A stretch of DNA of 64,000 nt, from NCBI GenBank assembly GCA_965203315.1, contig OZ241857.1, positions 1,664,001 through 1,728,000 of the forward strand, given 5' to 3'. This DNA is from Nitrosopumilus sp. GTDB lineage: Archaea > Thermoproteota > Nitrososphaeria > Nitrososphaerales > Nitrosopumilaceae. This document shows, one piece after another, positions 60,835-64,000 of the stretch. Position 1 is the stretch's first letter. Each line of letters starts with the position of its first letter. Made by a program: the position numbers and the translations under genes. A model generated the notes under the pieces. The model did not search any database, was not told where the DNA came from, and saw only the letters and a list, made by a program, of their open reading frames with translations.

Positions 60835-61064
60835 TATAACATATTCACAGGCTCTATAATACCTAGAGAAGCGGGCTGAGATTTGATGCATCAAATATCG
60901 ATTATTGTCTTTATGTTAACAAAAAAAGTAGAATAGGAGTATGTGGCCGTGAGCATATACTCTTTCTAATTTGCTAGTTTAAGTCTCAAACTCTGAAAAA
61001 GTCTTGTATTGCATATTACAAATTAATCGTCTAATGTTTTAACAAACTATGATTCTATGTATGT

Positions 61065-62348
61065 CTACGGTGTGAGCCGATCTATATCTCTTGGATATAG
61101 TGTCGCATCTCGAATATTCTCTGTACTTGTGAGTGCCATGATCAATCGCTCTAGACCGATTCCACATCCTGCATGAGGTGGCATTCCATAATCGAACGCA
61201 GTTAGATGATATTCAAACGCGTCGATCGTTAGTCCCTTGTTCTTCATCTTGGTCTCCAATTCTTTACGATCTGCAATTCTTGTACTGCCAGAAGATAACT
61301 CTAGATCTCCATACATCAGATCAAATGACTCTGATATATTCGAGTCTGTCTTGCTCTCCTTTACATAGAACGGTTTTGGAGCCATCGGCCAATCTTTGAT
61401 AAAGTAGAATCCCTCTAGGCCAATCTTTTTGAGATTTGATGGATATAGATCATCTCCCCACTCTACCTTTGCATCGACTGACTGCATCTTTTTCAACAAT
61501 TCGTCATATGTGTATCGTGGAATCTTGTCTGGTATGTGGGGTACAGCAAATTTGGAGTTATCTGCTACCTTGGCTGATACTTTGATGATATCTTCGATTC
61601 TATCTATAATGTCGTTATAGTCCACAAACGCTTCCTCCAAATCTATTGATATGGCCTCAGCTAGATGGCGATTAGTTCTAGATGGTTCAGCGCGAAAGAT
61701 CGGTCCTATCTCGAACACTTTCTCAAAACTCATCGTGAGTTGCTCTTTATACAACTGTGGACTCTGTGCCAAGAACGCTTGTTTATTGTAGTAAAATATC
61801 GGAAAGAGAGCTGCACCTCCCTCTGTTGCTGACGAGATCATCTTTGGTGTATTGATCTCTACAAAACCATCGTTATGGAGATAGTCTCTGATTGCTTTTA
61901 GTATGTTACTTCTTGTGATAAATATGTCTTGAAGCATAGTGCGTCTGAGATCGATTGATCTAATCTCAAGTCTAGTCTCAATATTCTTTACCGTCTTGGC
62001 AGTTGGCTCAAACGGAGGAGTCTTTTGAGCATTTGTAAATACATGTAGTGCCTCTGGCACAATCTCAAATCCGCTTGGCGATTTAGGTGATGCTTTTACC
62101 ATTCCAGTAACTCCAACAGATGAGTGTGCTTTGAGAGACTCTAGTCTAACTCGTATCTCGTCAGGACAGCTACCTTTCTTGGCAACGACATAGATATCTC
62201 CGCATCTATCTCGTATTGTGGCAAAGATGATGTTACCGTGTCTTCTAATAGTCAGTACCCATCCCATTACGGTTACACGACTGCCATCTGTTGTAGAATC
62301 AAACTGATCAGAATAGTGCGTTCTTCGGATATCGCCTAGATCGTCCAT
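61065..62348 (-). CDS. aspS: Aspartate--tRNA ligase (archaeal type)
   Basis: LAQSPQLYK, FRAE...RHLAE, ELSSGS.R and PPHAG.G.GLER motifs. Confidence 0.95.
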   Translation of the reverse strand: MDDLGDIRRTHYSDQFDSTTDGSRVTVMGWVLTIRRHGNIIFATIRDRCGDIYVVAKKGSCPDEIRVRLESLKAHSSVGVTGMVKASPKSPSGFEIVPEALHVFTNAQKTPPFEPTAKTVKNIETRLEIRSIDLRRTMLQDIFITRSNILKAIRDYLHNDGFVEINTPKMISSATEGGAALFPIFYYNKQAFLAQSPQLYKEQLTMSFEKVFEIGPIFRAEPSRTNRHLAEAISIDLEEAFVDYNDIIDRIEDIIKVSAKVADNSKFAVPHIPDKIPRYTYDELLKKMQSVDAKVEWGDDLYPSNLKKIGLEGFYFIKDWPMAPKPFYVKESKTDSNISESFDLMYGDLELSSGSTRIADRKELETKMKNKGLTIDAFEYHLTAFDYGMPPHAGCGIGLERLIMALTSTENIRDATLYPRDIDRLTP

Positions 62349-62491
62349 AGTTCAACTTTGTATTTATGGTATAATTAATTTTGGTAATTGTTGAATCTTG
62401 TGGCGTATCGAATGAGACTATGATGTATATCGCCTCTAGATTCTCCACGGATCATACATAACGCTTATAGCAACACAGATCTGATGATGAC

Positions 62492-62701
62492 TTGATGGAT
62501 ATACTGATGGGTCTAGTTATTGCGACTATTATCATAGCTGCAGTATATGTGGGCTCACATGCTGCAATGCATGCTGAAGATAAACCAGCTAAAGGACACA
62601 ACATCTCTATACTTCCTCATAAATTAGATAGCCAGACTATACATCCATACGTTACTAGTTCATTCCACAAAATATACAACCCAAACATATCTTATGCTTG
62701 A
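62492..62701 (+). CDS. Small membrane-anchored hypothetical protein
   Basis: Hydrophobic N-terminus; short ORF. Confidence 0.4.
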   Translation: MMDILMGLVIATIIIAAVYVGSHAAMHAEDKPAKGHNISILPHKLDSQTIHPYVTSSFHKIYNPNISYA

Positions 62702-62750
62702 GAGTATTGTCTAGTTAATACTAAAATTATCAACACCATGTTGCTTATTT

Positions 62751-62963
62751 GTGACTCTCTCTGATCGAGAAAGATTGATTGCAGTTATATCCAATGCAAT
62801 AACCGTATACTCTGCCTTAAAAGAACAAGAACGTTCTAGTTCCAATATGTACGAGTTTGTCTTGAATGCTGTACCCTCTGAGATACGCTCAAACCTAGAT
62901 GCTGCACTAATAGACGAAGTATTTGCATATGTATCTTCAATACACTCAAGTCATAATTCATAA
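62751..62963 (+). CDS. Hypothetical protein
   Basis: 70-aa ORF immediately upstream of purP. Confidence 0.6.
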   Translation: MTLSDRERLIAVISNAITVYSALKEQERSSSNMYEFVLNAVPSEIRSNLDAALIDEVFAYVSSIHSSHNS

Positions 62964-62991
62964 AGCACACGCGAGAACCAATTATATCATA

Positions 62992-64000
62992 ATGATCTCG
63001 ATCGCAACTCTCGGCTCACATTGCTCACTCCAAGTTCTAAAAGGTGCCAAGGATGAAGGAGTCAAGACTATCCTTGTATGTGAGAAACGACGAGAGCGAC
63101 TCTATCGGAGATTTCCATTTATCGACGAGATGATACTAGTTGACTCTTTTGATGAGATACTCGATACTCGTTGCCAATCGATCTTGGAGAATAATGATGC
63201 TGTTCTAATCCCACATGGTACACTGATTGCTCAGATGAGTTCATCTGAGATCGAGTCAATCAAGACTCCGATCTTTGGTAATCGCTGGATACTTAGATGG
63301 GAGTCTGACCGCAAACTAAAGGAACAGCTCATGCGTGAAGCAGATCTTCCAGTCCCAACTCCTGTACACGATCCATCTACAATCTCTGATATGGTTATCG
63401 CAAAGCGACAAGGTGCTGCAGGCGGCAAAGGGTACTTTGTAGCAGCATCAAAGGAAGAGTATGATGAAAAACGTTCACAATTAATATCTGATGGTATAAT
63501 CTCTAAAGACGAATCGCTATATCTACAAGAGTATGTGGCAGGCGTACTTGCATATCTACAATTCTTCTACTCTCCACTATCTGATCAGGTCGAGTTTTTT
63601 GGTGCAGATCAGCGACACGAGTCTGATATTGAAGGACTGGGAAGAATACCAGCCAGACAACAGCTAGATCGTCAAAAAGTTCCTTCGTTTAATGTTATAG
63701 GGAATAGTCCACTAGTTCTAAGAGAGTCACTACTAGATCAAGCATATACGATGGGTGAGAACTTTGTTGCCGCTGCCAAAAGACTCGTTCCTCCTGGCAT
63801 GAATGGACCATTCTGTATAGAAGGCGTCTATGACGAGAATGCAAAATTTACTTCATTCGAGTTCTCTGCTAGAATAGTTGCCGGAACCAACATCTACATG
63901 ACTGGTTCGCCGTACTATACGATGTTGTTTGGTGAGAGTCTAAGCATGGGTCAAAGGATTGCACGTGAGATAAAGACCGCTTTTAATACTGGCAAACTTG
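62992..64000 (+). CDS. purP: Formate--phosphoribosylaminoimidazolecarboxamide ligase (runs off the window end; not in ORF track)
   Basis: MISIATLGSHCSLQVLKGAKDEG, IPHGT, GAAGGKGYF and FEFSARIVAGTN motifs. Confidence 0.93.
   Translation, partial: MISIATLGSHCSLQVLKGAKDEGVKTILVCEKRRERLYRRFPFIDEMILVDSFDEILDTRCQSILENNDAVLIPHGTLIAQMSSSEIESIKTPIFGNRWILRWESDRKLKEQLMREADLPVPTPVHDPSTISDMVIAKRQGAAGGKGYFVAASKEEYDEKRSQLISDGIISKDESLYLQEYVAGVLAYLQFFYSPLSDQVEFFGADQRHESDIEGLGRIPARQQLDRQKVPSFNVIGNSPLVLRESLLDQAYTMGENFVAAAKRLVPPGMNGPFCIEGVYDENAKFTSFEFSARIVAGTNIYMTGSPYYTMLFGESLSMGQRIAREIKTAFNTGKL

Noticed and set aside
957-63428. Numerous 60-200 aa ORFs antisense to or nested in housekeeping genes
   Set aside because: Shadow ORFs of well-supported genes with no recognisable motifs.

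Overview
AT-rich archaeal DNA whose gene set (rps26e, rps17e, HMf-type histone, LysW-dependent lys/arg operon, cupredoxin, ThiS-Cgi121 fusion, PurP) points to a Nitrosopumilaceae ammonia-oxidising archaeon. Decayed intergenic DNA, MITEs, an IS and broken defence genes suggest a host-associated lineage, but that is inference. Most of the window is housekeeping. Four accessory blocks stand out. (1) About 5.7-17.3 kb: a type IIG/DrmMI-like adenine methyltransferase split out of frame by a (GACAG)67 microsatellite that returns in frame whenever the copy number is a multiple of 3, followed by a PLD-SNF2 helicase, three paralogous 4xCxxC proteins, and a tRNA-Leu-like RNA whose anticodon position reads GTC. 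(2) About 27.5-29.0 kb: a PIN toxin-antitoxin pair bracketed by two inverted ~117-bp MITEs whose outer flanks match at 7 of 8 bp, i.e. a candidate MITE-bounded composite transposon. (3) About 43-45.4 kb: a solo PD-(D/E)XK nuclease and an IS110 with a structured 3' non-coding region, splitting the lys/arg operon. (4) About 53-55.6 kb: a type II R-M pair with a frameshifted nuclease between MITE copies. All alignments and folds were done by eye; no searches were run.
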